Part shown: positions 38,350-50,444 of the stretch, piece after piece
Layout of the letters: every line of letters begins with the position of its first letter
How positions within the stretch are numbered: the first letter of the stretch is position 1
Assembly: GCA_045837725.1 (NCBI GenBank)
Contig: JBEWZL010000003.1
Coordinates: 496,001-560,000, forward strand
DNA length: 64,000 bases
Reading direction: 5' to 3'
Origin: Vermamoeba vermiformis
Lineage: Eukaryota
Translations under genes and position numbers: made by a program
Notes under the pieces: generated by a model
What the model was told of the DNA's origin: nothing
The model's input: the letters and a program-made list of their open reading frames with translations, nothing else
Databases searched by the model: none

Positions 38350-41211
38350 TGATGTCCGGACTTTTTCAAGGAGTTATTGTTCCGATATTCAAGTTTCCAA
38401 AATTGTGCAAGGAGTTAATGCCGCAGTTAAAACTTGTATGTATTGTAAATAGCACAAATGAGCCGATTTCGAGTTAAAATCACGCGTGTTTCGGTCAGCG
38501 ATTTGGAAACGCGGCTCAGCAAGCACTTGCCAGATGCCAAGTAATTAATCTATTCCTCTTTCGTAATCTGACATAACTAAATTTAAAATATTACAGAGAG
38601 CGAGTCTGTCCATATGTTAAATTCAATTTTGATAATTTCAAGGCCTATAAAACAGAAATGACTACATATAAAGGTAATGGAGATATAAATTAAAGTTTAG
38701 AAATCGATCTATTCGTAATCGCCAACATTTCCAGCAATATGACATCTATCTAATAACACCAATATTTATAATTGCCGAATCAAATTGAATTAACTTTGAC
38801 TTGCAAGATCCTGTGATCAGATTGACAATTTCGTGTTGCTAATTAATTTAATTATAGGAACGCCGCCAGTCTCAGTATTTAACAATTTTTCACCTGAATT
38901 TTATTATGAAACGCGGTTCCCAGACATGTTACCCGCGAAATTTTTGGTGGTGGAGTGCTGCGACGCTGCAGCGGGCACTAAAGACAGCGTAATCGGTAAA
39001 TATCGCGTGCATTCATATAATATGTTAATATAGACTTATATTTGGCGATAATAGGCACTGCAGTGATCGATCTCTACACTCTCGCAACTGGATCTGAATT
39101 TTATTCGCTTCCTTTATATGCTGAAGTACGTAGTTAAGCTTTTTTATGCGCAAACAATGAATTAACTAAGTATGAATAGGACGTTGAATCGTTGAAGACG
39201 AGAGCCAAGTTGATCGCGAACAAAATTAAAGCCGCAAGCGTAAATACATACCCTACGATGGACATGTACGTGGGCATTGATCCAGGCGATGTTAGCAAAT
39301 TCGAAAGCAAAATATTCACTGAAAAGGGTCGTCTTCAATTTAAAATCGAGATGGAACAATTTGCGGATGTAGGTTTACACGCTTGTAAACTCCGAAAATT
39401 CCTCCGTAACTAATTAATTATTGCAGCCAATTATCGTCATGAAGCCCATTGCCATCAACATCACGTACAATATGACTGTGAACGATAAGGCTCAGCTCGA
39501 GGTCTGGTTCAACGGACTGTAAGTCGATCAGATCTGAATCAAATATGAATCACGTGATTTTAACGGAGTTTACGCGACAGTAAGAAGACAGTTAAGTTAA
39601 AGGGCAAATTCAAATCACTCGACAAGGCTGAAGGCGCAGCTGTATCGTTCGAAGGAGGATCTGAAACAACAGGTACTCAAATCCACCCCCCTTATGCTAT
39701 TGTTAGACTTGGATACTAATCCATATACTAGGCACGACCCTAACATACGATATCGAAGAAATGGCAGTGCCATGCTCGTTCAAAACACTGATCAGCAACG
39801 CCATCTGCTTCAATCTCTCCAAATTCCCCGACAAAGCGTGGAAGGACGTGCATCTCACCGCTCAAGTAAGCCACTGCATTAAAATTCTTTTTGCACTAAG
39901 GCTAACATACGATGCTCGCCAGGCCAAGCTCAGTGAGTTGATTACAGCCAAGATAGGCAAGGACGAGTACGAGTTCAAAGTGCCGCTAGTAGGCAACGGC
40001 GGCAAACTCGACGCGGCGTTTGACTGCGGCACAGTCTCGGGCAAGTTCTGCATCAAAGACCCGCCGAGATTTATGCAGCTCATCGGTGGCATTTCAACCG
40101 AGAGAGGCACCAATGGCAAGGTGTTCTTGCCTGGCCTTGAAGTCCCTATCAACTACTCGGAGTACGCACACGATCTAATTGATAGTTTTTATAACGGAGA
40201 ATTAATAATGGTTCATTTAGGATCAATGTAAATGACGAAATGCTCTTCAAAGACACACCCTCACGACCGCGTGCGCGGTCATTGGCCAGCGACCTCGAAG
40301 ACTACAGCAACAATCCGCTGTTCACATTGAAAGGTTTATCAGCGCCACTGATCCGTGTGTCAGAGGACGAAGAGATCGTCGAGCCGTTGAGTGCGCCGTT
40401 GAATCAGTCACGTGCCAGTGGTAGTGCATTGCAGAACTTGTTTGCCTCGAGCGACTCATTGCGCTCCTCGGGCAATCATCAGCACACAGCACGCAGCAAT
40501 CTCAACGCGTCAGGCACGCACCAACTGACGGCGCGCAGCAATCTCACCAACTCAGGCAATTATCCCTCGAGTGCACGATCACACAACGACGGTTCATATT
40601 CACCGACTGTCAAGCCCGTCAATGCTCCTCTCGCGAACTCGGGCAATTACCCGACCATTCGTCCGGCCAATGCACCGCTCTCCGACTCGGGCAACTTTCC
40701 CACTGCTCGTTCAAATAGTGCGCCGTTGAACCAGTCAGGCACTCATTCCAATCAGAACACTGCGCGCAGTCTCAATGGCTCGGGCAATTATCCCACTTCG
40801 GGCCGATCAAATTCACTCACTGCTTCGGGTACTCAGCACACAGCGCGCTCGAATCTCAAAGCCTCGGGCAATATCCCCAACAGCGGCACCCAAACCTTCG
40901 TGCTGAACACATCCTCCGACACCACCTCATCGCTCAGCTCGTCCATCAGCACGCCACCTCTCACACCCACCACGCCACACACACCCACTGGCGGCATGAG
41001 ACCGTCAACTCCGCACGCCTCGGAATCAGGCCACAAACCACTGCCCAGTCAAGTTCACCTGATCTCGCGACCAAGTCGCGCAGTGTCGAGTCCCAGCAAG
41101 CCACAGATCCCGAAGAATGTTCCGCCCAAGGACCCAGCTTATCCCAACTACTCACCGATGCAGCATCAATATGGTGCTTTGCAAAGCGAGATGCTCGACA
41201 ACTCGGACTAA
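38350..41211 (+). CDS. C2-domain protein with a long Ser/Asn/Pro-rich repetitive tail (start approximate), multi-exon
   Basis: Spliced PYVKFNFDNFKAYKT...FYYET..LPAKFLVVECCD...DSVIGTAVIDLYTLATG..LPL is a C2 pattern. The terminal exon is ORF 40240-41211. The first exon is ambiguous. Confidence 0.65.
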
Positions 41212-41358
41212 GTGTATTATATCATTGAATAGTAAACCAACTGATTAGTACTAACATCACTGCTTCCTTACTGCTTGAAAAAGAATTTATTTGATTTACA
41301 TATGGCGAAGGCATCGCCGTTTCGCTTATACAATACTAATAATCTATAATACAAGTGC

Positions 41359-44300
41359 TTATTTCTTCGAATCTCCTCGAACGGAAGCTGGATCGAACGT
41401 TGCCGAACTGCGAATTGAAGACGGATCGTCATTCGCTTGTTTGGCAGACACGTTGCTGCGCGTAGTGCCACCACCGCTGCTGTACAAAAAGCGATGTTTC
41501 TCGGCCTCGTACATGTTCATTAAATCATCTTCGGAGCGACGCGCGACGAGCCTGAACGATACATGAGCACTAATTAATGAAATGAAGCTGTGACCTACCA
41601 AATCTTGGGCACGAAGAGCAGACCCAACGCGATGGTTGTAGTGAATAAAATAGCCAGGCAGAGCACCAAGAAGTTCGCCACTACATTCGTGACGACAATC
41701 ATCGGGATCAGAATCACGACTGACACGAAAGCAAAGTTGTACATCTGTCGTACGACAAGCATTAGTCGGACTGTTTGAGCTGACCAGATGTATCACTTAC
41801 CGAAATGGCAATGTATCGTGCCTCGTTGAAGAAACTGTACGGTACTTTGCGCGTCATAATAGCGACGACAACACCGGAGAACACAGTCAGGCCCTAGTGA
41901 AACATGTAAGTGCTCTGCATACCCCACTGCAATCTCAATGTACCTTGTAGCCAATGATCACGTAGAGAATGGGCGGGAAGAAATAGCACGTGCTGAAGTG
42001 GCTGAAATCATCGCCTGGATTGAGCTCCCATTGCGTTGCAATCGGATAGATTGCTTGCAACAGTACTAACAGGACCTGCACCGAGAATTAGACACGATGA
42101 CACGTGTCACCTGATGACGTACCACATCGAGCGACAAGAACACGGCGAGTGCTTTGATGAGATCGTTGTTGGTCCACGCCTTGATCAACAGCTTCTTCGC
42201 GTTGAAGATGCGATAGACGCGAATAGTCTTGATGAACAAGCTCCTACAGTCCACTGGTTAACGAGTGTTACGCCCATCATTGAGTACTTACACAAAGAGC
42301 AAGCTGAAGCCAATGGACAGCAGCCAAATGAACAGCGAGCACGTCTGATTGGAGAGTTAGAAGACTTCAAGTGGAGTTGTGTTTAAGTGACACTTACCAC
42401 GGGGGAATGATCGATCGCGTACATCACGACCGAGGCGTAAATGAACATAATGCCCACGAGCATCACAATCATGAACAGCGGCGTAGAACTCTTCATCACA
42501 ATGGACTCGCGGCTGAGAGGTGTTAGTTGCTGTGACAAGTACTGCGGACTTAACAACGCGACTCACCGATGCAAGACAAATGCTGCCACGAGAATGGTGA
42601 TGACCACGAACACGATGCCCAGCACGAGCATTGGTATCGTGAAGTTCGCTTCAATGTGCAAGTACACAGGCGCTAGATGCAAACATCAGACATCGTTCGT
42701 CTTGTCAATCGCACTTACACTTCTCGTTGCCCGTGCAAATGTACGCCGTGCTGCTCGCGCCAGGACAACTCGCACTGCGCAAACACCAGCTGAAGTTCGC
42801 GGGCGTGAACTGATCCATGCGCACCGCTACACCTGCTGCTCGGAGATCTGACACGACCTCTGACATCATTGACATGCTGCGACAAATGTGAGTCCTTGCC
42901 TAATTAGGCATGGTCTTCGAATGTACGTACTCGTAGGCCTCGCTGTAATCTCCTGCGGGAATGATACCAGCACCGCTCAGCACATCGACTGTAGTGTTCC
43001 ACTTGGTGCTGTTCATCAAGCCAAAGGTCTCGCCAGTACCCCTAGTGAGTGAACGTCAGTCGCGTGACATCCAATAATTAACCTGTATTGACCTTACCAA
43101 ATAAGTTTGTTGACTTCATTCATCATCCATCGCTGATGATCGTCACCACTCCATATCAAATTGACGCAGCCTTCGAGATCATCGCGACAATAGATCCAAC
43201 CTCGCGTCATTGCCCTATTTGGAATTAATACAAATGTCATAATTATTTAATCTATACCAATTCATACCTTAAGAATCGCTTAGCGATATCTTTGTTGCCA
43301 GTCTTGTTCAACCACTCGCGCGACACAAATAAACTGTCTTGCAGCGTTGCGGTGCCTATTACAACGTTATTACATTAACTTTCTAAATTTAGGAATTTCG
43401 TGAAACATAACGGGACGCAAGAGCTTCTTACTTCGCTCCAATTTGACAATTGCTCAATACCAACACATGGAGATAAGGCATCACACTTGGGATTTTTATC
43501 CGAACTTACCTAGATCTTCAAAGCTAAATATGGTAAAATTCTCTGGCTTATACAACTGAGTAGCATTGGGTGCGATGTATTCAAGGAGCTGTGCGAACTC
43601 ATTATAAGTCGTTGCCATGACCTAAAAGAGATTAATCAGTTATTTTAAAGATAAATCTTGCAATCATTAAAATTCAGCCGCTCCGTTTGCTCTATCCTCT
43701 TGTCCGCTTATAAATCAGTACGTACGCAGTCTGAGCGCCCTTGCAGCAACCCTAAGGGGCTGAAGCTCTGCGATATTCTTCGAATATCGGTCTGGACATT
43801 AAGTCCATTTTTGACAAGAGCGGCTCGGAACTCTAAATTATAATAGGTTAAAATTGATAAATTAGTACAAAGAAGCCTATAAACACAAAAATTCGTGTTT
43901 CGAATCATTCGGTAAATCAAATTTCCGCCGAACACAAGTCTGTTTTTAGCCTGGTTTAATTACCCTCGTCAATTCCATCCCACATTGCGACTGTCTTGCC
44001 CTCTAGCTGTGCGATGCTTTTAATGTTGTCCTCCGCTCGCGTAACCGCTAACGTCGAGCTGCGTTGGAACACCTTTCGGAGCAGATCGGTTAGTTTGCCG
44101 ATAAATCGATAAATTGAGCGAAATTGCTAGAAAAGATTTGTGGATGGATAGCTTAGTTTTGACTAGCGTCTAGGCCGTACCTGAGATATAATGACGATGT
44201 CTGAACCCGCAATTCGGGTCTTCAGACTCACCTGAGACCAAGCAACGCCAAATTGAGCAATGTCTTTGATTACCTATAAGCCACATAACATCGTTAATAT

Positions 44301-44857
44301 TGTTAGCGTATCAGACCCAAACAACGAAAGTGGACACAATTAATTTAAGATCTGGCTTTAAATGGCTAAAAATAGACACGACGTTCAATTAATCATCGAA
44401 TGGGTATCATTTAATATGCTATCATAAATATGTCACGGAAGGAAAACTAATCACATTGCCGTCCTACGTACCCATTCGGCTGAATCCACGCCTGGACCTC
44501 CAGATAAAACCACTACTTCCAAGCACTCTTCGCGAAAATAACCTAACTCTTGTGCAGCAGCATAACCTATTTGTACAAATATTAACACACATGAATATGA
44601 AAATCAAAACGGGACTTAAAAAATTTCACTTCGGTTAAGGGGATCTGAAAAGAGTGGCGCTTCTTAATGGATTTTCAAACTTGATCACGATATATAAGTA
44701 TCATACCTGCGAATTGAGCCTGCAACACCCATTGAAGCTGAATTCTAACTCGATCCACCGTCGTGCAATTGTTTTGAGCGGCCGTTTTAACAGCACATCC
44801 CAGCAATAGCAAGGCTATACTTAACAGTGAGATATAATTTCGATAATGTATCTTCAT
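41359..44857 (-). CDS. Class C (GABA-B/Grl-like, 7tm_3) GPCR whose ectodomain is an NMT1/THI5-like ABC solute-binding domain (many exons)
   Basis: Signal peptide, then RVRIQLQWVLQAQFAGYAAA, QVFQRS, TYNEFAQLLE, LQDSLF, RFLRAMTRGWIYCRD and HQRWMMNEVNKLIW (NMT1/THI5-type). The 7tm_3 motifs are LFIKTIRVYRIF, GYK, TRKVPYSFFNEARYIAISMYN and LFCLAILFTTTIALGLLFVPR. Confidence 0.85.
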
Positions 44858-45127
44858 GTTGTCTCTTGTGTTCAATTTAAAACTTCTTACTAACTTTCTT
44901 CCGCAGTTGATTTCGGACAAGGATATGTGCGTGACACGTGTCAACGTGAGGTATTTTTACCTTGTTTATTAATAAACTTAACGACCGCAGACGCCGTCAG
45001 GATATCAGTATCTCGTGTACAACTTCTAGTTTTATTCTAATGTAACAATTAGCGATCGCAAAGAACGAAGATAAAGCGGAATTATTATCTTTGACGGAAT
45101 GATATCTCGTGGGCTGAAGCGGACTGT

Positions 45128-46352
45128 TTAGAGAGCCAAAGCGGCCAACAAAGTCATTGAGATGACACCGGCAGTGATAGCAGAGGCATCGCTAGTATCG
45201 GGGGAGGGGCAAGTGCTCAACAAAGTGGCACCTAAGTAAAGTGATGTGGATCAGATCTGGGTACAAACAAGCACGCACTAAGTCAATGATTACGTACCGT
45301 TAGGGCAAGTATTTCCAGCAACGCAAGTGCTGCCACCAGTAGCTGTAATAAGACAGTCAGTCGCAGTGCTTTTGGGTTAAACTATTGAACTTGGTGTGGT
45401 ACTTACCGCTGCACCAGTTGCAAGGTGTGCTAGCATCTTGAGCAGTAGAGACGCACGTATTGCAGTTATTAATGGTAGAGCAAGATTCTGAAAACTACAT
45501 TAGACCTCGGAACGCAGTCGATCTGAAAACTTACTGTAAGCAGAGCAAGTTTGAGTAGTGGTCAAAGGGGAAGTGCTGTTCTTAAAGCGCCAAGTACCGC
45601 AAGATTTGTAAGAAGGGCCGCTTTGAGTGCCTGAAAAGTGAAAGATCAGTCTCGTCACGGCCAAACGAAACCAAAACATATCCGATTATTACAATTACGT
45701 TTTCTAAAAAATAGTTATTCTTACCAGTCATGCAAGAACCGGAAGATGAACAGTAGCCGCAAGATCCAGAGAGGCAGTCGGTGCAACCATTGTTGTCAGG
45801 ATTGTAACAAGGATCTTACAACAAAGGTTAGCATACACTAGCGAGTAGTAATGACTCTTAATCTTACCGGGGCAAGCGGACAGCTGATCAGTGCTGGAGC
45901 CCTCGCTCGACGTGCACGAGGTGCGTTCAGTTTGGGTGTTAGGGCGACAACCAAGAGCTATAAAGCAATAACTATGCGTTAGTATTATTGTAACAATGCG
46001 AATCTTTCGAAAATTAAACGGCGAAATTTTGGATGTAATATTGTTGCCGCTCTTCAACGGAACGAAACTAAAGGCAAGAAATTGTTGATTAAGTAATACT
46101 TAATATTGCCGTAGTAATGACAAAATCTAAAACGTAAACGTGCGCATAGTTAATTTAAAAAAGATTTTGCTTGTATCCGGATTTGACAGGTGTCGCGGTA
46201 ATTGACTTACTAGTGCAGAAGAAGCATGCACCGTTGAGACTCAAACACTTGAAGCAGTTACTGCGGTTATCAGCTGTGGTGCATACAGAAGTGTCGTTTT
46301 GAGCAGTGGCTACTGCGATAAGAAAAGCAACGAGCAAGATGTATTTGAACAT
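45128..46352 (-). CDS. Secreted, probably GPI-anchored Cys-rich (PSI-like repeat) surface protein, multi-exon
   Basis: Signal peptide MFKYILLVAFLIAVATAQ. Repeats of C..C......C.[FW]C. Hydrophobic C-terminus SDASAITAGVISMTLLAALAL*. Confidence 0.75.
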
Positions 46353-46614
46353 GATGTCTGATAGTCTTCAAAATAAATCTAATAAATACAGAGGCTACGA
46401 CTTGTGGCTCTGCGTTCTATAGAATTGAAAATTAAACAATTGCTGTTTTTGCACGTCAAAAACGGTTAACAAACGCGAGGTAGAGATTTCACAAACAGAA
46501 TCGGGCGTGATCATCGTTATTTGCTATCATTACGCCTCTATTTCATGACCACAATTGAAGAGTATAATTGTATTTTACTTATTTACAAACGTCAAACTAA
46601 TGATTCAACATTAA

Positions 46615-47619
46615 TTACAATTCCTCGTCTGTAGGCATATCAATCAGTTCCACACGACTGCCTGCCTCGCCGAGTTCTATACAAGGATATACAGTGCCTT
46701 CTACGCCTTTGAAGGCCACACCATAGTCGACACCGTCGATGATAAAGCGGATTTGTTTCATTTTTGGGTTGTAATTGACCTCGATTATCTTGCCAGGCTC
46801 GATCATCTTGTCGCAGTAGCTGTGACTGACTTCATCTTGCATTGAGAATAAGTTGCCGCAGTAAAGATTCAAGTACCAGCCGCAGCTCAAGAAATTGGAG
46901 GCGTTTGGTTCAAACGTGATCGGCGCCATACCGACGTTCAGTGTCGTACTGTTATAACAACGCACTCGATATGACGAGTTAGGTTTGTTGCCGAGAACAG
47001 CTGCGTCCCAGCCCTGGCCATTGGTGCGTGTTGCAATGCGGTTCCCTTCGCTCAACACGATCTTGTCTGATTTGAGCTTGGAGTCCCAGCGAAGTGGTGT
47101 GTCTTTGGGATATTTCTTCTCCAGCTGCTTGAGTAGTCCTTCGACTTGATAGAACTCTGCCTCTAGTCTGAACTCTTTGAGCTCAGCGCTCGACTGATCT
47201 TCTTTGAGGATCAGCATGCCCGTGCGGAGGTAGTTTAAGATTGTGGCGAAGTGTTTGGGGTCTCGGTCGATAAAGTACGAGCCATCTTCATCAGGCTCGA
47301 GGTTGAATTGTCCACTGAACATCGCTGAGAGCATTGACCGCTCTTTGAGTAGGGTCTGAAGGGATGTGGTGAATAATTGCCCGCCAACATTCAATTTGAC
47401 CTTCTTATTTGGTAAATTCTTTTGGATAGTCGTATTTGCGATGTTAGTGTTGATTATTGCGAGGTTATTGGGCACTGGTGGGGTTGGTGGAGTGGATTTG
47501 AGTTGTTTTAAGAACGAGCCCAAGTGATCTCGCAACAATTCGACTTCTTTTATCAAGCTTTGCTCGCGACTCGACGAATCCTTGCCATTTGATGTGTGTT
47601 TTCCATTTTCTAGGGTCAT
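46615..47619 (-). CDS. KCTD-type BTB/POZ + SPRY/B30.2-like domain protein
   Basis: KVKLNVGGQLFTTSLQTL..SMLSAMFSG...YFIDRDPKHFATILNYLRTG, then IVLSEGNRIATR...IRFIIDGVDYGVAFKGVEGTVYPCIEL. The first ATG is taken at MTLENGK. Confidence 0.88.
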   Translation of the reverse strand: MTLENGKHTSNGKDSSSREQSLIKEVELLRDHLGSFLKQLKSTPPTPPVPNNLAIINTNIANTTIQKNLPNKKVKLNVGGQLFTTSLQTLLKERSMLSAMFSGQFNLEPDEDGSYFIDRDPKHFATILNYLRTGMLILKEDQSSAELKEFRLEAEFYQVEGLLKQLEKKYPKDTPLRWDSKLKSDKIVLSEGNRIATRTNGQGWDAAVLGNKPNSSYRVRCYNSTTLNVGMAPITFEPNASNFLSCGWYLNLYCGNLFSMQDEVSHSYCDKMIEPGKIIEVNYNPKMKQIRFIIDGVDYGVAFKGVEGTVYPCIELGEAGSRVELIDMPTDEEL

Positions 47620-48664
47620 TTTGCTCAATCTAGACTCGCTTTTGCTGGAGCAATGAACTAGGTCAGATCCAGGATACAAATTTGTGCAATTTAAAATCAT
47701 ATTGCTTGTAAATTAGAAAGTTAATTTACATACAATTTATTTTGTTAAAATCTATATTTTTGGGAGATTACGATTTTGTATTTAATTTTTCTTTTTGACG
47801 ATCGACTTACCTTGGTGAACCAACAACTTCTCCATTGCTACCATTAGTGCTGCTAACATTGGTCTTATTTTTAGTTTTAGTTGGTGGAGAAGTCGGTGTT
47901 GTTATCGGCACGCTGGTAGAAGAAGCGGACTCGGCTTCGTTCTGAACTTCCATCCAGATCTTGATCAATGCAAATAATTAAACTCGGGCAATTGTGTTGT
48001 AGCAGTGTTCTTACGACAATAGAGCTCGGTGTTTGGAACCGTAAAAATCGTGGTGAAAGAATCACGTGTTTTCTGTTAGCCGAACTGAGTGTTAGCAACA
48101 ACTCGACTTATTTGTTCAAGAATGTAGCACATATAACCGAGCTTTTTACTAATGAAAATAGGGGTTAATTAGCACTGAGCTCATAAAGCTCTAAACTGAA
48201 AACAGACTGGAGAATCTGTAAGTGCGCCGAAGTTGGATATTTAAGAATCGTATTTTTAAAAAAAAAGCCATAATTTCAAATTGCTGTTGACGCTGTTTAC
48301 GTTTCAAATTAATTTCGATTTTTAATATTCCGTATTTCGGCCTCAGGACCGATCTGTAGCAGTGGCAAACTACCAACTAACTACTAGCAGTTAGTGACAT
48401 TTATAATTAATTATTCGATCGAGAATGATTTATTAAAATTACAGTGTACAAACGATTTCTTTTGAATAAAGGTTATCGTGCAATTAAATCAAACAGAATT
48501 GTCGTTATGGTTGTTCGAATCTCGTTCCTCGATATAGACGTAATGATGTTAGCATTAGGTCTAGACTCAAGCAATTATACAAATGTGAAAAACAAGATCT
48601 GAACACAATAACTGCAATTCCGTTTCTCTCTAACGCACGACTGTTATCGCTAAGGCCTCGCGCC

Positions 48665-50189
48665 TTATTGGGCATTAATAATTCGAATGTTTGCGCGCGT
48701 TGCAATCTTTTGCGCCTTTTCAGAGATTGTTTTAGCGATCACTACGCAAGCCAAGCTGTGTGTCGGATTAGCAGTCTTGTACAGCTTGCCAATACGAATC
48801 AGTGTAACTACGTCGCCAATATCGACGCTCTGCATGTATTATTTTGGATTAGTATCGCATTAACATGAAGCATAAACGCGAAGATCCGATCCGGACAATT
48901 AAAGTTGGTTTCAACGAAATATTTTGCAATTTAACCAATAAAACTGGTAATTATATCCAATTTAAGTCTAATCAAGGTAGTTGCAAATTCATTTAAGACG
49001 TCACGAATGAAAAGGCACACGAAAGAGTAATTTCAATAATAATGTTGCGTTATTTTCATCGGTAATGCCTGCATAAAGCATGATATATCGAATAAACAGC
49101 TTAAATAATTACACTTACGTCTCTAGTGTCGCACAAATAGTTGTTATCGAAATGTTTGATGAGATCTATCTCAATTTCTTCTGGGTATCCGTAAATAGCG
49201 CCTAAAGTGCTGTCAATAATAATGTTCATAATAAAAAATTGTTATTATTATTGCTTTGAAATGTGCCACGATCTGGATCAAAAAAATCTATCCAGATTGC
49301 TTTAATTAGGCTTGATATTTACCTTTCTGATCGTAATATTTCCACACTTGCAATTCACTTCCGGGAAACTCGCGTTCTACCAGTGCTTTGAGCTCGATCG
49401 TAGATTTGACACCGGTCGGAACGTCCTTCACCAAATTTTCTGTTGTAGGAGGTGCAGGTGCAGCAACGGGTGTAGGTGATGGCTGTACGTATGATTGTGG
49501 ATTTGTTGACGGCAATGCTTTCTCTAGTTCTGCCCTAATCATGGCGCTAATTACGCGTCCAAATTCTTGCTTGAAATCTGGATCTCTTAACACTGAAAGT
49601 ACCGTATCTCTATTTACAATTGCCTCGCTCCTCTATTCATGTAAATTAAATATTAGAATTTTATCAAGCAATAATTAATTGCACAGGATGTGGTTTGGTA
49701 ATAAAAAAAATTACGTACGTCGGTAGCAAAGCTGCCAGAATGATTTATTGAGGGATAACTGTCATTTCCAAAACTCGATGAAAAGCTGTCGATGCTGCCA
49801 CGGTAACCGGGTGACTATCATAGTAATCAAATCCAAATTAATTTTACGTTGTCAAAATTTGACGGCCATAAATGCCAATAATGCCGTAAATTAAACATAT
49901 AATTAATTATTAATCGTGCAATGTGGTATTTACACGAGAGACGTTATTATCATTATCGGATTGAAAAAAAAAATAATTTGATCCGAAACAAAATCTCTTG
50001 ATTTAATAATCCACTTACGCTTAAATTTTGTTGTGAGTTGTAAGGTGATAATGGAGGCTGTCCGTCACCATTTATTTGGTCTCCATAGCCGGTGTTTCCC
50101 CCTGAATTAGGTTGATCGGAATAACCACCAAATCCACTGCTATAGTTATTATTTGGGTCGTGTTCCATCGTATAGACCTGTGTAGCCAT
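48665..50189 (-). CDS. Second DUF3782-like PD-(D/E)XK-fold protein (paralog of the C-terminus of the gene at 1-881), multi-exon
   Basis: Splicing 49321>49202 and 49119>48829 gives ELKALVEREFPGSELQVWKYYDQKGAIYGYPEEIEIDLIKHFDNNYLCDTRDSVDIGDVVTLIRIGKLYKTANPTHSLACVVIAKTISEKAQKIATRANIRIINAQ*. This is colinear with the gene 1 domain. The N-terminus is MATQVYTMEHD..., low complexity. Confidence 0.78.
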
Positions 50190-50444
50190 ATAAAAAGGAA
50201 ACGAAAAACCAAAATTCGCGTCCGACTGACAAAGTCGAGGCAGTTTGACATATGTCACGAAATAATTTACATTAGCGCAACGCTACCTGCAACGAACACC
50301 ATAATACCCCTGTAAATATTATGGAGATATTCATTAGATCTATTCTATGAATTTTTGAAGCTTGGTAACGTCACTGTACGAAATGCAGATCGTGTTTCTT
50401 CAGATCTTCTCGTGCAACTTCATTCGCTGATAAGGAAATATTTA

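Noticed and set aside
47620-47859. Upstream coding exon or N-terminal extension for the BTB-SPRY gene
   Set aside because: Splicing from the donor at ~47810 to the CAG acceptor at ~47647 gives an early stop. It is more likely a 5'UTR intron or uORF, though a TAG acceptor just upstream is not excluded.
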